DNA of 64,000 nucleotides from an uncultured archaeon (GTDB lineage: Archaea > Thermoproteota > Nitrososphaeria > Nitrososphaerales > Gagatemarchaeaceae), in NCBI GenBank assembly GCA_963817525.1, contig CAWFOU010000001.1, forward strand, positions 32,001-96,000, read 5' to 3'. The notes under the pieces were generated by a model. The model searched no databases, was not told the DNA's origin, and saw only the letters and a program-made list of their open reading frames with translations. Position 1 is the first letter of the stretch. Each line of letters starts with the position of its first letter. The position numbers and the translations under genes are program-made. Shown here piece after piece: positions 29,333 to 39,154 of this stretch.

Positions 29333-29892
29333 CCAAGGCGAAGGACAACGAGAAGAAGGCTGCGGCGGAGTTCAGGGCCGCGATCAGGAGGATACCCAAC
29401 TTCCCCAAGAAGGGTGTCGTCTTCAGGGACATCACTACACTCTGGAAGGATGGGCGGCTCCTCAGGCGGAGCACCGACGTGCTCTACGAGCACTACAGGA
29501 GCAAGAAGATAGACGCCGTCCTGGGGATCGAGGCGAGGGGCTTCGTGGTGGGCGCCCCCCTAGCCGAGCGCCTCGGCGTGGGCTTCGTCCCCCTCAGGAA
29601 GGTGGGAAAGCTCCCCGGCGAGAAGGTCTCGGAGAGCTACGACCTCGAGTACGGGACCGCGACCCTCGAGATGCATAGGGACGCCGTCGTGAAGGGGGAG
29701 AGGATACTCATCGTCGACGACCTCATAGCCACCGGCGGGACGGCCCTCGCAGCGGCCAAGCTCGTGGAGGTCCTCAGGGGGGAGGTCACCGGCTTTGCGT
29801 TCGTCGTGGAGCTCTCGTTCCTAAAGGGACGCGAGGCGCTGAAGGGCTACGAGGTCTTCTCCATCGTGAAGTACGCCTCCGAAGAAGAGTGA
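29329..29892 (+). CDS. apt: adenine phosphoribosyltransferase
   Basis: FPKKGVVFRDI, EARGF, LEYG, IVDDLIATGGT. Confidence 0.96.
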   Translation: MTKAKDNEKKAAAEFRAAIRRIPNFPKKGVVFRDITTLWKDGRLLRRSTDVLYEHYRSKKIDAVLGIEARGFVVGAPLAERLGVGFVPLRKVGKLPGEKVSESYDLEYGTATLEMHRDAVVKGERILIVDDLIATGGTALAAAKLVEVLRGEVTGFAFVVELSFLKGREALKGYEVFSIVKYASEEE

Positions 29893-29947
29893 GCCCGGCA
29901 GCCTCGACGAATTTAATAATGCAACTCCGAACGGAGGCCCGAACCAC

Positions 29948-31183
29948 TTGGGAAAGATAGCAGACGCCGACCTCGCCCCCGAAGGCGAGAAGAACTTCCT
30001 CTGGGCCAAGGGCCACATGACCGCCCTTTCGAGCATCGCCTCGAAGTACGCGAAGGAGAAGCCGCTCAAGGGCCTGAAGGTGGGCGTCTGCCTGCATGTC
30101 ACCAAGGAGACCTCCGTCCTGATCGACTCGCTCCTCCTCGCCGGGGCAGAAGTTAAGCTCGCCGACGCGAACCCCCTCTCCACCCAGGACGACATCGCCG
30201 CGTACCTCGCCACCCGCGCCGAGGTCTGGGCATGGCGCGGGCAGACCGGGAACCAGTACGACTGGTGCATCGACCAGGTGCTCGCCTCGAGCCCTGACCT
30301 CATCATAGACGACGGCGCCGACCTCCACGTGGCAGCGAACCTGAGGAAGGTAAAGTCCATCAGGGGCGGCTGCGAGGAGACCACCACGGGCGTGATGAGG
30401 CTGAAGGCGCTCGAGAAGGACGGGAAGCTCGGCTACCCAATCATCGCGATCAACAACGCAAAGACGAAGTACCTCTTCGACAATCGCTTCGGGACCGGGC
30501 AGAGCACCTTCGACGGCATCCTGAGGGCGACCTCGCTGCTGATAGCGGGAAAGAAGGTCGTCGTCGTGGGCTACGGCTGGGTCGGGAAGGGCGTGGCGAA
30601 GAGGGCGAGGGGGCTAGACGCCAACGTCACCGTGGTGGAGGTCGACCCCATCAAGGCTCTCGAGGCCTACCTCGATGGCTTCACGGTCACTAACATCGGC
30701 GAAGCGGCAAGATATGGCGAGGTCTTCATCACGTGCACGGGGCAGAAGCACGTCATCTCCTACGCCGCCGTAAAGTCGATGAGGGACGGGGCGATACTCT
30801 CGAACGCGGGGCACTTCGACGTGGAGATTGACGTAAAGTCGATAATGAAGGAGGCGAAGTCGGTGAAGCAGGTCCGCCCGAACACCGACGAGATTATGCT
30901 CCCCGGCGGGAAGAAGGTCTACCTCTTGGGCAAGGGGCGCATTGTCAACCTGGTCGCGGCGGAGGGGCATCCGCCGGAGGTCATGCAAATGTCCTTCGCG
31001 AACCAGTTCATGTCGGCCTTGTACGTCAACAAGAACCACTCAAAGCTCAAGAGCAAGGTCCTCGACGTCCCGCTCGAGATAGAGGAAGAGGTGGCCATGT
31101 CGACGCTGCACTCTCTCGGAATCACGATCGACAGGGCGACGACGGAGCAGCTGAAGTATGCCGAGAGCTGGGCGCTTGAGTAG
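29948..31183 (+). CDS. ahcY: adenosylhomocysteinase
   Basis: STQD, DDGAD, EETTTG, FDNRFGTGQS, NAGHFD, EGHP. Confidence 0.97.
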   Translation: MGKIADADLAPEGEKNFLWAKGHMTALSSIASKYAKEKPLKGLKVGVCLHVTKETSVLIDSLLLAGAEVKLADANPLSTQDDIAAYLATRAEVWAWRGQTGNQYDWCIDQVLASSPDLIIDDGADLHVAANLRKVKSIRGGCEETTTGVMRLKALEKDGKLGYPIIAINNAKTKYLFDNRFGTGQSTFDGILRATSLLIAGKKVVVVGYGWVGKGVAKRARGLDANVTVVEVDPIKALEAYLDGFTVTNIGEAARYGEVFITCTGQKHVISYAAVKSMRDGAILSNAGHFDVEIDVKSIMKEAKSVKQVRPNTDEIMLPGGKKVYLLGKGRIVNLVAAEGHPPEVMQMSFANQFMSALYVNKNHSKLKSKVLDVPLEIEEEVAMSTLHSLGITIDRATTEQLKYAESWALE

Positions 31184-32921
31184 CAGGCCCAGAACCACAG
31201 CGAACGAGAAGCCTTCGGGCCCCAAGAAGAGGAGGGTCCTCGTGTGCTGCGCCCTCCCCTACACCAACGCAGTCCCACACGTGGGGAACATCGTGGGGTC
31301 GCACCTCCCCGCGGACATATTCGCGAGGTATTGCAGGCTTAAGGGGTACGAGACCCTCTTCATAGGGGGCGCGGACGAGAACGGGACCCCAACCGAGGTC
31401 GCCGCCATAGAGCTCAAGGTGACCCCGAGGAGGCTGACGGACGTCTTCTACCAGGTACACAAGTCCATCTACGAGTGGTTCGAGATCTCCTACGACAACT
31501 TCTCGAGGACCTCCCTCCCGGTCCACCACAAGACAACCCAGGAGATGTTCCTCAAGATCTACGAGCACGGGTACGTCACCAAGGGGGTGATGCGCCTCCC
31601 CTATTGCGAGACCGACAAGCTCTTCCTCGCAGACCGATACGTTGTGGGCAAGTGCCCCGTCTGCGGCTACGAGTTCGCCCGGGGGGACCAGTGCGAGAAC
31701 TGCGCGACCCTGCTCGAGCCGGAGCAGCTCATCGACCCAAAGTGCAAGATCGACGGGAGCGTCCCCGTCTTCAAGGACAGCGACAACCTCTTCCTCGAAC
31801 TCGAGAAGCTCCAGCCCCAACTAGAGGCCTGGATAACCAGCCAAACGCATTGGAGGAAGCAAGTCAGCTCGCTCGCCCTCGCGTGGATCAAAGAGGGCCT
31901 CAAGCGGCGGAGCATCACCCGCGACCTGAAGTGGGGCGTCCCCGTCCCCCTGAAAGGGTTCGAGAGCAAGATCTTCTATGTCTGGTTCGACGCCCCCATA
32001 GGCTACGTCTCCTCTACCAAGGAGTGGGCGGAGAGGTCAGGCAACCCCGACAAGTGGGAGGACTTTTGGCTCGACCCCGAGACGAGAATCTACAACTTCC
32101 TCGGGAAGGACAACATCCCCTTCCACACGATATTCTGGCCGGGGATGATGATGGCGAGCGGGGGCTTCAACCTCCCCTATGACGTTGTCGGCCTCCAGTA
32201 TTGCAACTACGAGGGGGACAAGATATCAAAGTCCAAGAACTGGGGCATCTTCTGCGAGAAGGTCGTCCAGTCCGGGCTAGACCCAGACATCTGGCGCTAC
32301 TACCTCGTGTACCTTATCCCCGAGACAAAGGATTCTGAGTTCAAGTGGGACGACTTCCAGTCAAGAATCAACAACGAGCTGGTCGCAGCGATAGGGAACT
32401 TCGTCCATAGGACCCTCACCTTCGCCTCCAACTTCCTCGACGGGGAGATAGGGAAGAGGGAGCTCATGGACGAGGAGCGGCAGGTCGAGTCGAGGGTCGC
32501 GGAGCAGGTCGCCCAGGCCGACGCGGCCCTCCAGGAAGCAAGGCTCAAGGATGCCCTCAAGAACGTCCTGCAGATAGCGATAATCGGGAACGAATACTTC
32601 CAGAAGATGAAGCCTTGGGTCCTCGTCAAGGAGGACCCCGAGACGTGCAAGCGGGTGATCTACTGCTGCGCGAACATCTGCAAAGTGCTCGCCGTGACCA
32701 TGGCGCCCTTCCTCCCCGGGTCGACGGCGAAGATCTACGGCTTCCTCGGCCTCGAGGGAGGCCCCTCGTGGGACGACGCCCTGGGCTTCTCGCTGCGGAG
32801 CGTCAAGATGCCGGGCAAGCCGGACGTCCTCTTCAAGAAGATCGACGACAAAGAGGTGGCCCGCCTAAAGTCGACGGTGACGAAGAGCTCCGACGCCGCC
32901 GAGTTCTTCAAGAAGCCGTGA
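31176..32921 (+). CDS. metG: methionine--tRNA ligase (no C-terminal Trbp domain)
   Basis: LPYTNAVPHVGN, two Zn knuckles, YVWFDA, GKDN, KISKS. Confidence 0.96.
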   Translation: MSSRPRTTANEKPSGPKKRRVLVCCALPYTNAVPHVGNIVGSHLPADIFARYCRLKGYETLFIGGADENGTPTEVAAIELKVTPRRLTDVFYQVHKSIYEWFEISYDNFSRTSLPVHHKTTQEMFLKIYEHGYVTKGVMRLPYCETDKLFLADRYVVGKCPVCGYEFARGDQCENCATLLEPEQLIDPKCKIDGSVPVFKDSDNLFLELEKLQPQLEAWITSQTHWRKQVSSLALAWIKEGLKRRSITRDLKWGVPVPLKGFESKIFYVWFDAPIGYVSSTKEWAERSGNPDKWEDFWLDPETRIYNFLGKDNIPFHTIFWPGMMMASGGFNLPYDVVGLQYCNYEGDKISKSKNWGIFCEKVVQSGLDPDIWRYYLVYLIPETKDSEFKWDDFQSRINNELVAAIGNFVHRTLTFASNFLDGEIGKRELMDEERQVESRVAEQVAQADAALQEARLKDALKNVLQIAIIGNEYFQKMKPWVLVKEDPETCKRVIYCCANICKVLAVTMAPFLPGSTAKIYGFLGLEGGPSWDDALGFSLRSVKMPGKPDVLFKKIDDKEVARLKSTVTKSSDAAEFFKKP

Positions 32922-33189
32922 CGCCGGTGGAGCGACGGACTCCGGCCGATGTGTCGTCAAGGGGACCACTCGCCAAAAGCCCAGAGCATGAGAAGGACAA
33001 AGAACACAACGACGACGATCAAGGGGATGATAAGGATCGTGTCTCCTCAAGGCGAAAGTAGTCCCTCCTGAAGAAGGGCCTTTGGCGCTCGTCCAGCCCT
33101 TCGTCTTCTTCTCCCAGACCCTTTTGGCTGGCGTCTAGTATTATCATTATCATCCGGACGACGAGGGCTCGCGCCCTCGGGAGCACCTG

Positions 33190-34230
33190 TCACTGGTCGC
33201 AGGAGGGGAGGATGTCCAGCCCGCCGACGAGGGCGCACTCTAGCGAGTCGTCGATGTTGTTCTTCGCGCCGAGGATCGCGTCGATAGGGTCGTACGTGTC
33301 GTATTTCGTCTGCGTGAACCCTGAGGCGAGCACGCTCACCTGGAGCTGGGAGCCCGCGCCGCTGCGGTAGCTGACCGCGTACTCCACGTCGAGCGAGGGG
33401 TTCCCTAACATTGAGCCCAGCCGTCTCACCGCCGTGGCGGTGTCGCCCGCCGAGAAGCTAGAGTCCCCGGAGAGGACGACCACCGCGTGGCTCGCATCCT
33501 TCATCTGGGCCTTCTTCCCGATGCCTATGATCGCGCGCGAGAGCGCCTCCTCGGTCTTGTCCACCGACCCGGACGAGGCGCTCGTGAGGAACGAATAGCC
33601 GGCCTGGGCCACCGTCCCGAGGACCTTGTTGAGACCGACTGGGATGGAATCCTGTGACTGCGTCGCGAGGAGCGAGCCCAGTGCCTTGACCGCCTCCTTG
33701 TTCGCCACCTCGTGCAGCTCCTTCAGGGTCGACTCGCTCCCGGTGTTGAAGAGTGAGCCGTTGTCGACCACCACCACGCCGTTCGAGACCGCCCTGAGCT
33801 TCTTGAGCGCGAGCCCCGCGTAGAACCTGAGCCTCTCCTCAAAGTCGAAGGGCATTACTGCTATGCTGACCGCGTCGGAGCCGGCCTCCCTCGCGAGACC
33901 GGCGACCACGGGCGCGAGCCCTGACCCGGTCGCCCGCCCCAGCCCCGCCACCACGAAGACCACCTTCGCGTCCTGCACAAGGGCCCTCAGCTCTGCGTGA
34001 TGGGACGCCGCGAAGCCCCTCACCATCGAGGGGCTGGGCTTGTGCACCAGGGGGGTCTCGATCAGCATCTTCTGGCCCTCCCCCGAGGATTCGAGGTCCT
34101 GCGGGTCGCACGTCACGTACGCGAACCGATTCACCAGGGTTGTCTCCCTGCTAAGGGCGGACACTATCCTGATTCCTGCGCTGCCTATCCCGATTGCGAC
34201 GACTTCTGACGTGGAGATTGAGCCAGACAT
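33190..34230 (-). CDS. divergent FtsZ/tubulin-family protein
   Basis: IGIGSAG, AGLGRATGSGLAP, MPFDFE, VVDN. Confidence 0.85.
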   Translation of the reverse strand: MSGSISTSEVVAIGIGSAGIRIVSALSRETTLVNRFAYVTCDPQDLESSGEGQKMLIETPLVHKPSPSMVRGFAASHHAELRALVQDAKVVFVVAGLGRATGSGLAPVVAGLAREAGSDAVSIAVMPFDFEERLRFYAGLALKKLRAVSNGVVVVDNGSLFNTGSESTLKELHEVANKEAVKALGSLLATQSQDSIPVGLNKVLGTVAQAGYSFLTSASSGSVDKTEEALSRAIIGIGKKAQMKDASHAVVVLSGDSSFSAGDTATAVRRLGSMLGNPSLDVEYAVSYRSGAGSQLQVSVLASGFTQTKYDTYDPIDAILGAKNNIDDSLECALVGGLDILPSCDQ

Positions 34231-34426
34231 GGACTTTTGACAGGGTCCATTAGCGGATTGGATTAATGAGCCAACGCACGAAAAAAGTGGACCAATGGTT
34301 ACGGAATGTTCACCTGTAACAAATTTCTGAAAAAATCCTACGTAGGACGACTCCATCTGAGGCTAAGAGATCTCGCTCGCGGAACGGAGCAAGAGCATCG
34401 TCCGCCCCGCCGAACCGGCGGCGGCT

Positions 34427-35923
34427 TCACCACTTGACCTTGAGGGTGAGCGGGTGCGAGGCCTTCACCTCGTCGATCCTCCCGACGCTCGTGTTCTTCG
34501 GCTCGTCCTCGAGCTCTCCCGCCTTTAGCTTCTCGAAGAGCGCGTTCAGGATCTCGGCGTAGTCGTCGAGGGACTCTATCGTCTCCGTCTCGGTCGGCTC
34601 GATCATCAGCGCCTCCTCGACTGTGAGCGGGAAGTACACCGTTGGGGAGTGGACCCCGTAGTCGAGCAGGGCCTTCGCGACCTTGCCCGCGCCGCCGTGC
34701 CCCCCCTTCACCGAGACGATGGCCTCGTGCTTCCTCCTGATGCCTCCCCCTACGGGGATGGAGTACCCCTGCGTGTTCAGCCTCGAGAGGAGGTAGTTCG
34801 CCCCGAGGACCGCGAGGCTCGAGACGTTGTCCAGCCCGTCCGCCCCGAGTAGCCTGATGTAGCAGTACGCCCTAAGCAGTATCGCCGAGTTCGCATAGAA
34901 GCCCTTGAGCCTCCCTATGCTCTTGGGGCGGGCGTAGTCGAGCACATACCCCTCTCCCGCCTTCTCGACCATCGGGACAGGCAGGTAGTCCTCGAGCTCC
35001 TTCGAGGCGCCCACCGGACCCGCGCCGGGCCCGCCGCCCCCGTGGGGGGTCGCGAAGGTCTTGTGAAGGTTGAGGTGGACGACGTCGAACCCCATGTCGC
35101 CCGGCCTCGCCTTGCCCAGAAGGGCGTTCATGTTGGCCCCGTCGTAGTACATCAGCCCGCCCGCGTCGTGCACTGCCTTTGAGATCTCGCTGACGTCCGG
35201 CTCGAAGAGCCCCAGGGTATTGGGCACCGTCAGCATCATCCCCGCGGTCCTCGGCGTGAGCTTCTCCTTCACGGCCTCGAGGGTCACCAGGCCGCTCTCG
35301 TTCGAGGGCACCTTGACCACCTCGAACCCCGCCATCGCCGCGCTCGCGGGGTTGGTCCCGTGGGCCGAGTCCGGGACGAGGATCTCCGTCCTGTCTCTCC
35401 TCCCATTGTCGCGGAGGTACTTCCTCATCATGAGCACACCCGCGAACTCGCCCTGGGCGCCCGCCGCGGTGCTGAGCGCGAACCTCCTCATCCCAGTTAT
35501 CTCGCAGAGCATGCCCGAGAGCTCGTAGAAGACCTGGAGGAGCCCCTGGACGGTCGAGTCGTGCTGGAGGGGGTGGGCCTCCCTCATCCTCGGGGACGAG
35601 GCTATCGCCTCGGAGACCTTGGGGTTGTACTTCATCGTGCAGCTCCCCAGGGGATACATGCCCGTCTCCACGGAGAAGTTCATCTGGGAGAGACGGTTGA
35701 AGTGCCTGAGCACCTGGAGCTCCGAGAGCTCCGGGAGCGGCGCGTCCGCGGACCTCCGCACGCCCTTCGGGAGGAGGCTGTCGCCCTTCCCCTTCGCCCA
35801 CTCCTTGACCTTGGCGTCCTCGGGGACGGTGAACCCGAGCCTCCCCTTCCTCCCTATCTCGGAGAGGAGCGGCTCGTCCCAGTAGGCCTGCCTGAACCTG
35901 CGCTTGGGCTTCTCGTCTCCCAT
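34427..35923 (-). CDS. gcvPB: glycine dehydrogenase (decarboxylating) subunit 2
   Basis: PLGSCTMKYNP, SAHGTNPASA, HLNLHKTF, GGGGPG, IEPTETE. Confidence 0.97.
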   Translation of the reverse strand: MGDEKPKRRFRQAYWDEPLLSEIGRKGRLGFTVPEDAKVKEWAKGKGDSLLPKGVRRSADAPLPELSELQVLRHFNRLSQMNFSVETGMYPLGSCTMKYNPKVSEAIASSPRMREAHPLQHDSTVQGLLQVFYELSGMLCEITGMRRFALSTAAGAQGEFAGVLMMRKYLRDNGRRDRTEILVPDSAHGTNPASAAMAGFEVVKVPSNESGLVTLEAVKEKLTPRTAGMMLTVPNTLGLFEPDVSEISKAVHDAGGLMYYDGANMNALLGKARPGDMGFDVVHLNLHKTFATPHGGGGPGAGPVGASKELEDYLPVPMVEKAGEGYVLDYARPKSIGRLKGFYANSAILLRAYCYIRLLGADGLDNVSSLAVLGANYLLSRLNTQGYSIPVGGGIRRKHEAIVSVKGGHGGAGKVAKALLDYGVHSPTVYFPLTVEEALMIEPTETETIESLDDYAEILNALFEKLKAGELEDEPKNTSVGRIDEVKASHPLTLKVKW

Positions 35924-35926
35924 CCT

Positions 35927-37312
35927 CTAAATCACCCCTGCGAGGGCCTCGACCAGCCGCTCGACATCCTCGCCCGAATGGACCTCGGTGACGCAGAACG
36001 CGCCCGCCTCGCGGATCTGCGAGTAGTGCTCCACGAGCGGGTAACCGCCCATCACGCCTCTCTTGGCGAGCTCGGCGAAGACCCACGGGGCCTTGCGCCT
36101 GTCATAGCCAACCGTGAACTCGTTGAAGAAGGGCCCGCTGAAGAGGGGGGACTTTACGCCGTTGAGCTTACCAATCCTCTCCGCCGCGTAGTGGGCGTTG
36201 GCGAGGTTCACCTCACCCAGCTTCCGAAAGCCGTTCTTCCCCAGCAGGGACATGTACGCCGCCGCGGCGAGCGCGAGGAGGGCCTGGTTGGTGCAGATGT
36301 TGGAGGTGGCCGCCTCCCTCCTGATGTGCTGCTCCCTCGTCTGGAGGACCATGCAAAAGGCCTTCTCGCTCCCCTCCTTCGTGGTGGTCATCCCGATCAA
36401 CCTCCCGGGCATGCTCCTCGCGAGACCGATGTCCTTGACCGCGAAGATCCCCATGTGAGGCCCGCCGAAGTTCATGGACACGCCGAGGGGCTGCCCCTCG
36501 CCCACCACGACGTCGGCTCCGTAGCTCCCCGGGTCCCGCAGCACCGAGAGCGAAATCGGGTTCAACCCTACGACCGCGAGCCCTCCGGCCGCGTGGACCA
36601 TCTCGACGGCCGAGTCCGCGCCCTCCTCTATCACCCCGAAAACGTTCGGGGTCTCGAAGTAGAGGGCCGCGACGTCTCCCGCGCCATCCGCGAGCTTGGA
36701 CTTGAGCGACTCGAGGTCCAGCCCCCCCGTCTCAGTGTTGAAATCAACCATCCGTAGTTTCACCCCCATCGGCTCGGCGTACGTCTTGATGACCTCAAGC
36801 CTCCCCAGGCCCACGTTCTTCGCGACGAGGATGGTCTCCCTCTGCTTCACGCGCGCCGCCATCCTCACGGCCTCTCCGGCGGCCGAGGCCCAGTCGTACA
36901 TCGAGCTGTTGCAGACCTGCATCCCGAGCAGGTCGCACATCATGCTCTGGTATTCGAAGAGCGCCTGGAGCATCCCCTGGCTTATCTCCGGCTGGTAAGG
37001 AGTGTACGCAGTGTAGAACTCCTGCCGCGAGAGTATCGAGTCGACCGCGGCGGGGATGTAGTGAGGGTACACGCCGCCACCCAGGAAGCACAGCTGGTCT
37101 GGCGGGGTTTTGTTCTTCGCGAGCCTCCCGTGCAGCTCCCTCCTCACGAGGGCCTCCCCCTGACCGTCGGGGATCGCTAGCTTCCTCCCGAGGCGGAGCC
37201 CTTGGGGGATGTCCGAGAAGAGATCCGCTATGGAGTCCGCCTTCACCTGCTTCAGCATCCTCTCGATCGTCTCGTCCTCGAGGTTGGGCAGGAACGGATG
37301 GGCTTCTACCAT
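35927..37312 (-). CDS. gcvPA: glycine dehydrogenase (decarboxylating) subunit 1
   Basis: YTPYQPEISQG, GGPHMG, TREQHIRRE, TSNICTNQ. Confidence 0.97.
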   Translation of the reverse strand: MVEAHPFLPNLEDETIERMLKQVKADSIADLFSDIPQGLRLGRKLAIPDGQGEALVRRELHGRLAKNKTPPDQLCFLGGGVYPHYIPAAVDSILSRQEFYTAYTPYQPEISQGMLQALFEYQSMMCDLLGMQVCNSSMYDWASAAGEAVRMAARVKQRETILVAKNVGLGRLEVIKTYAEPMGVKLRMVDFNTETGGLDLESLKSKLADGAGDVAALYFETPNVFGVIEEGADSAVEMVHAAGGLAVVGLNPISLSVLRDPGSYGADVVVGEGQPLGVSMNFGGPHMGIFAVKDIGLARSMPGRLIGMTTTKEGSEKAFCMVLQTREQHIRREAATSNICTNQALLALAAAAYMSLLGKNGFRKLGEVNLANAHYAAERIGKLNGVKSPLFSGPFFNEFTVGYDRRKAPWVFAELAKRGVMGGYPLVEHYSQIREAGAFCVTEVHSGEDVERLVEALAGVI

Positions 37313-37457
37313 TTCTTGGAGCGCCCGTCCTACCCCGCGGGTTTGTTAACCCTTCGGCTCGCAACGCTGGGCCAAATTGATTCTATCGATTCGGAGGATT
37401 GGGGAATTTGTGCCGCGAACGCTTAAAATACGCTCCCGGACTGGCTAACCAAATCCT

Positions 37458-39122
37458 TTGAACTGGAAAGTCTTGGCGGTGGCAGGCCTGGTAGCATGCC
37501 TGGCTTTGGGCTTCGCGCCCGCGTTCTCGCAGGCGGGGTCAAGCTCCTCCGGCGTGGCCACCATAACGCTCGCCCATTCTTACGCCCTGAACTCCCTGGG
37601 CTTCGGTGTTCTTAATGACACCTTCACGTTCTCCAACAACGGGACCTCGCCGGTCCAGATCCCCACGCTGCAGGTGGGCTTGCCCGCGAAGATCTCCGCT
37701 AGGGCCACCGGCCTGATACTGAGCCCCAGCTCCCAGTTCACCATGTCCCAGTCCCTGGTCAACGGCAACACATCGGTGACAATCACCCCCAACGAGCCCA
37801 CCCTGAACGCGGGCGCGAACGCCACGGTCGCGCTAAAGGGGATTCTCAACAATGTCCTCAACATCACGAGCCCGGGATTCTCGGGGCTCGCCCCGGTCCT
37901 GGTGATGTTCAGCCCCTCACTAAACGTGAACGTCAGCAGCCTGAGCTCGGTAGTCGGGCTCCCGTCAGGGGGCGAGTTCACGAACGTCCAGCCGGGCTTC
38001 ACGCCCAGCTCGACGGGTCAGCAGATCGTGGAGACCCAGAAGGCGATCCGCCCCGTCGCCTCCGAGGGCTACCTGCAGTTCAACTCCACTGTCCAGACCG
38101 CCTTCTCTCCGATAACCGTCACTAGCATCGTCAGGACCATAGTCCCGAGCTCCAACGGCTCCCCTGTAGTCCAGGACGAGTTCACGATCCACAGCCTCGC
38201 CAACTACAACATCGAGGACATCCACCTGAAGCTCATCAACAACGTCGGGTCGGTGACCGAAATCGCCAGCACGAGCCCCCCGCTGATCAATCCGCAGGTG
38301 GTGACGGTCAACGGCGGCGAAGTCACGTTCACGACGACGAACATCGGGAGCCCGCTCTACCCCAACAGCAGCGTGTCGCTGACGTTCACATACCCCTTCC
38401 CCACGAACATGACGAGCGTCTCCGGGAGCTCGGTGAAGCTCACCGTCCCGTACTCGCCCGTGATCCAGGCCCCCACGGACAACTACACGCTCATCCTCGC
38501 CTCCGCCAAGGGCATCTCCCCGTCCGGGCAGACCTCGTACAAGTTCCAGTCGGTCACGCCCCTCACCACCGGCGACGTGCAGTTCACCTACTCGGTGAGC
38601 GTGGGCTGGGCCGCCGACCAGGCCCTCCCCGCGGGCGTGCTCATATTCGCAGTCGCCTTCGCGATGTTCGCGATCCAGAACCCCTCGTCCAAGGAAGAGA
38701 GGGACGAGAAGGCCATTCGGACCGGCGACGTGCTGCGGGCATTCGAGGAGAAGACGGGCCTCGAGACGACCTACATGCAGCAGCTCGCCTCCGCCCCGAA
38801 GGGGTCCATCAGCAGGGCCGACTTTGACCGCATGAGGACCGAGGCAAGCGAGCTCAGGTCGCGCGCCATCCAGAGGCTCAAGGAGATGCAGCAGGTCCTC
38901 GGCTCGGGCAGGCAGTATGACGTGCTCTCTCGGGTAGCCGACGCCGAGAAGGACGAGGACAGGGCCTTCAAGGACCTGCTCAACCTGTACGCGCAGTTCC
39001 ACGGGAACAGGATGAACGAGGAGACCTTCAGGAGGCTCCAGCCCAACTATCGGAAGCGTGTGGAGACTTCGATCAACCACCTCTCCGACCTCCTCCACGA
39101 GACCCAGTCAGAAGAGAAGTAG
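37458..39122 (+). CDS. single-pass membrane protein, ribophorin-I-like architecture
   Basis: signal peptide, two beta-rich external domains, TM helix, charged helical cytoplasmic tail. Confidence 0.6.
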   Translation: MNWKVLAVAGLVACLALGFAPAFSQAGSSSSGVATITLAHSYALNSLGFGVLNDTFTFSNNGTSPVQIPTLQVGLPAKISARATGLILSPSSQFTMSQSLVNGNTSVTITPNEPTLNAGANATVALKGILNNVLNITSPGFSGLAPVLVMFSPSLNVNVSSLSSVVGLPSGGEFTNVQPGFTPSSTGQQIVETQKAIRPVASEGYLQFNSTVQTAFSPITVTSIVRTIVPSSNGSPVVQDEFTIHSLANYNIEDIHLKLINNVGSVTEIASTSPPLINPQVVTVNGGEVTFTTTNIGSPLYPNSSVSLTFTYPFPTNMTSVSGSSVKLTVPYSPVIQAPTDNYTLILASAKGISPSGQTSYKFQSVTPLTTGDVQFTYSVSVGWAADQALPAGVLIFAVAFAMFAIQNPSSKEERDEKAIRTGDVLRAFEEKTGLETTYMQQLASAPKGSISRADFDRMRTEASELRSRAIQRLKEMQQVLGSGRQYDVLSRVADAEKDEDRAFKDLLNLYAQFHGNRMNEETFRRLQPNYRKRVETSINHLSDLLHETQSEEK

Positions 39123-39154
39123 CGGCCCCAGTTCTAAGAACCTGATTCTGGGCT

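Noticed and set aside
32960-33155. Small membrane protein downstream of the FtsZ-like gene
   Set aside because: The TM segment and the putative start lie in different frames; too short to call
34872-36757. Long overlapping and antisense ORFs over gcvP, also over dnaK, dnaJ and others
   Set aside because: Shadow ORFs expected from high third-position GC
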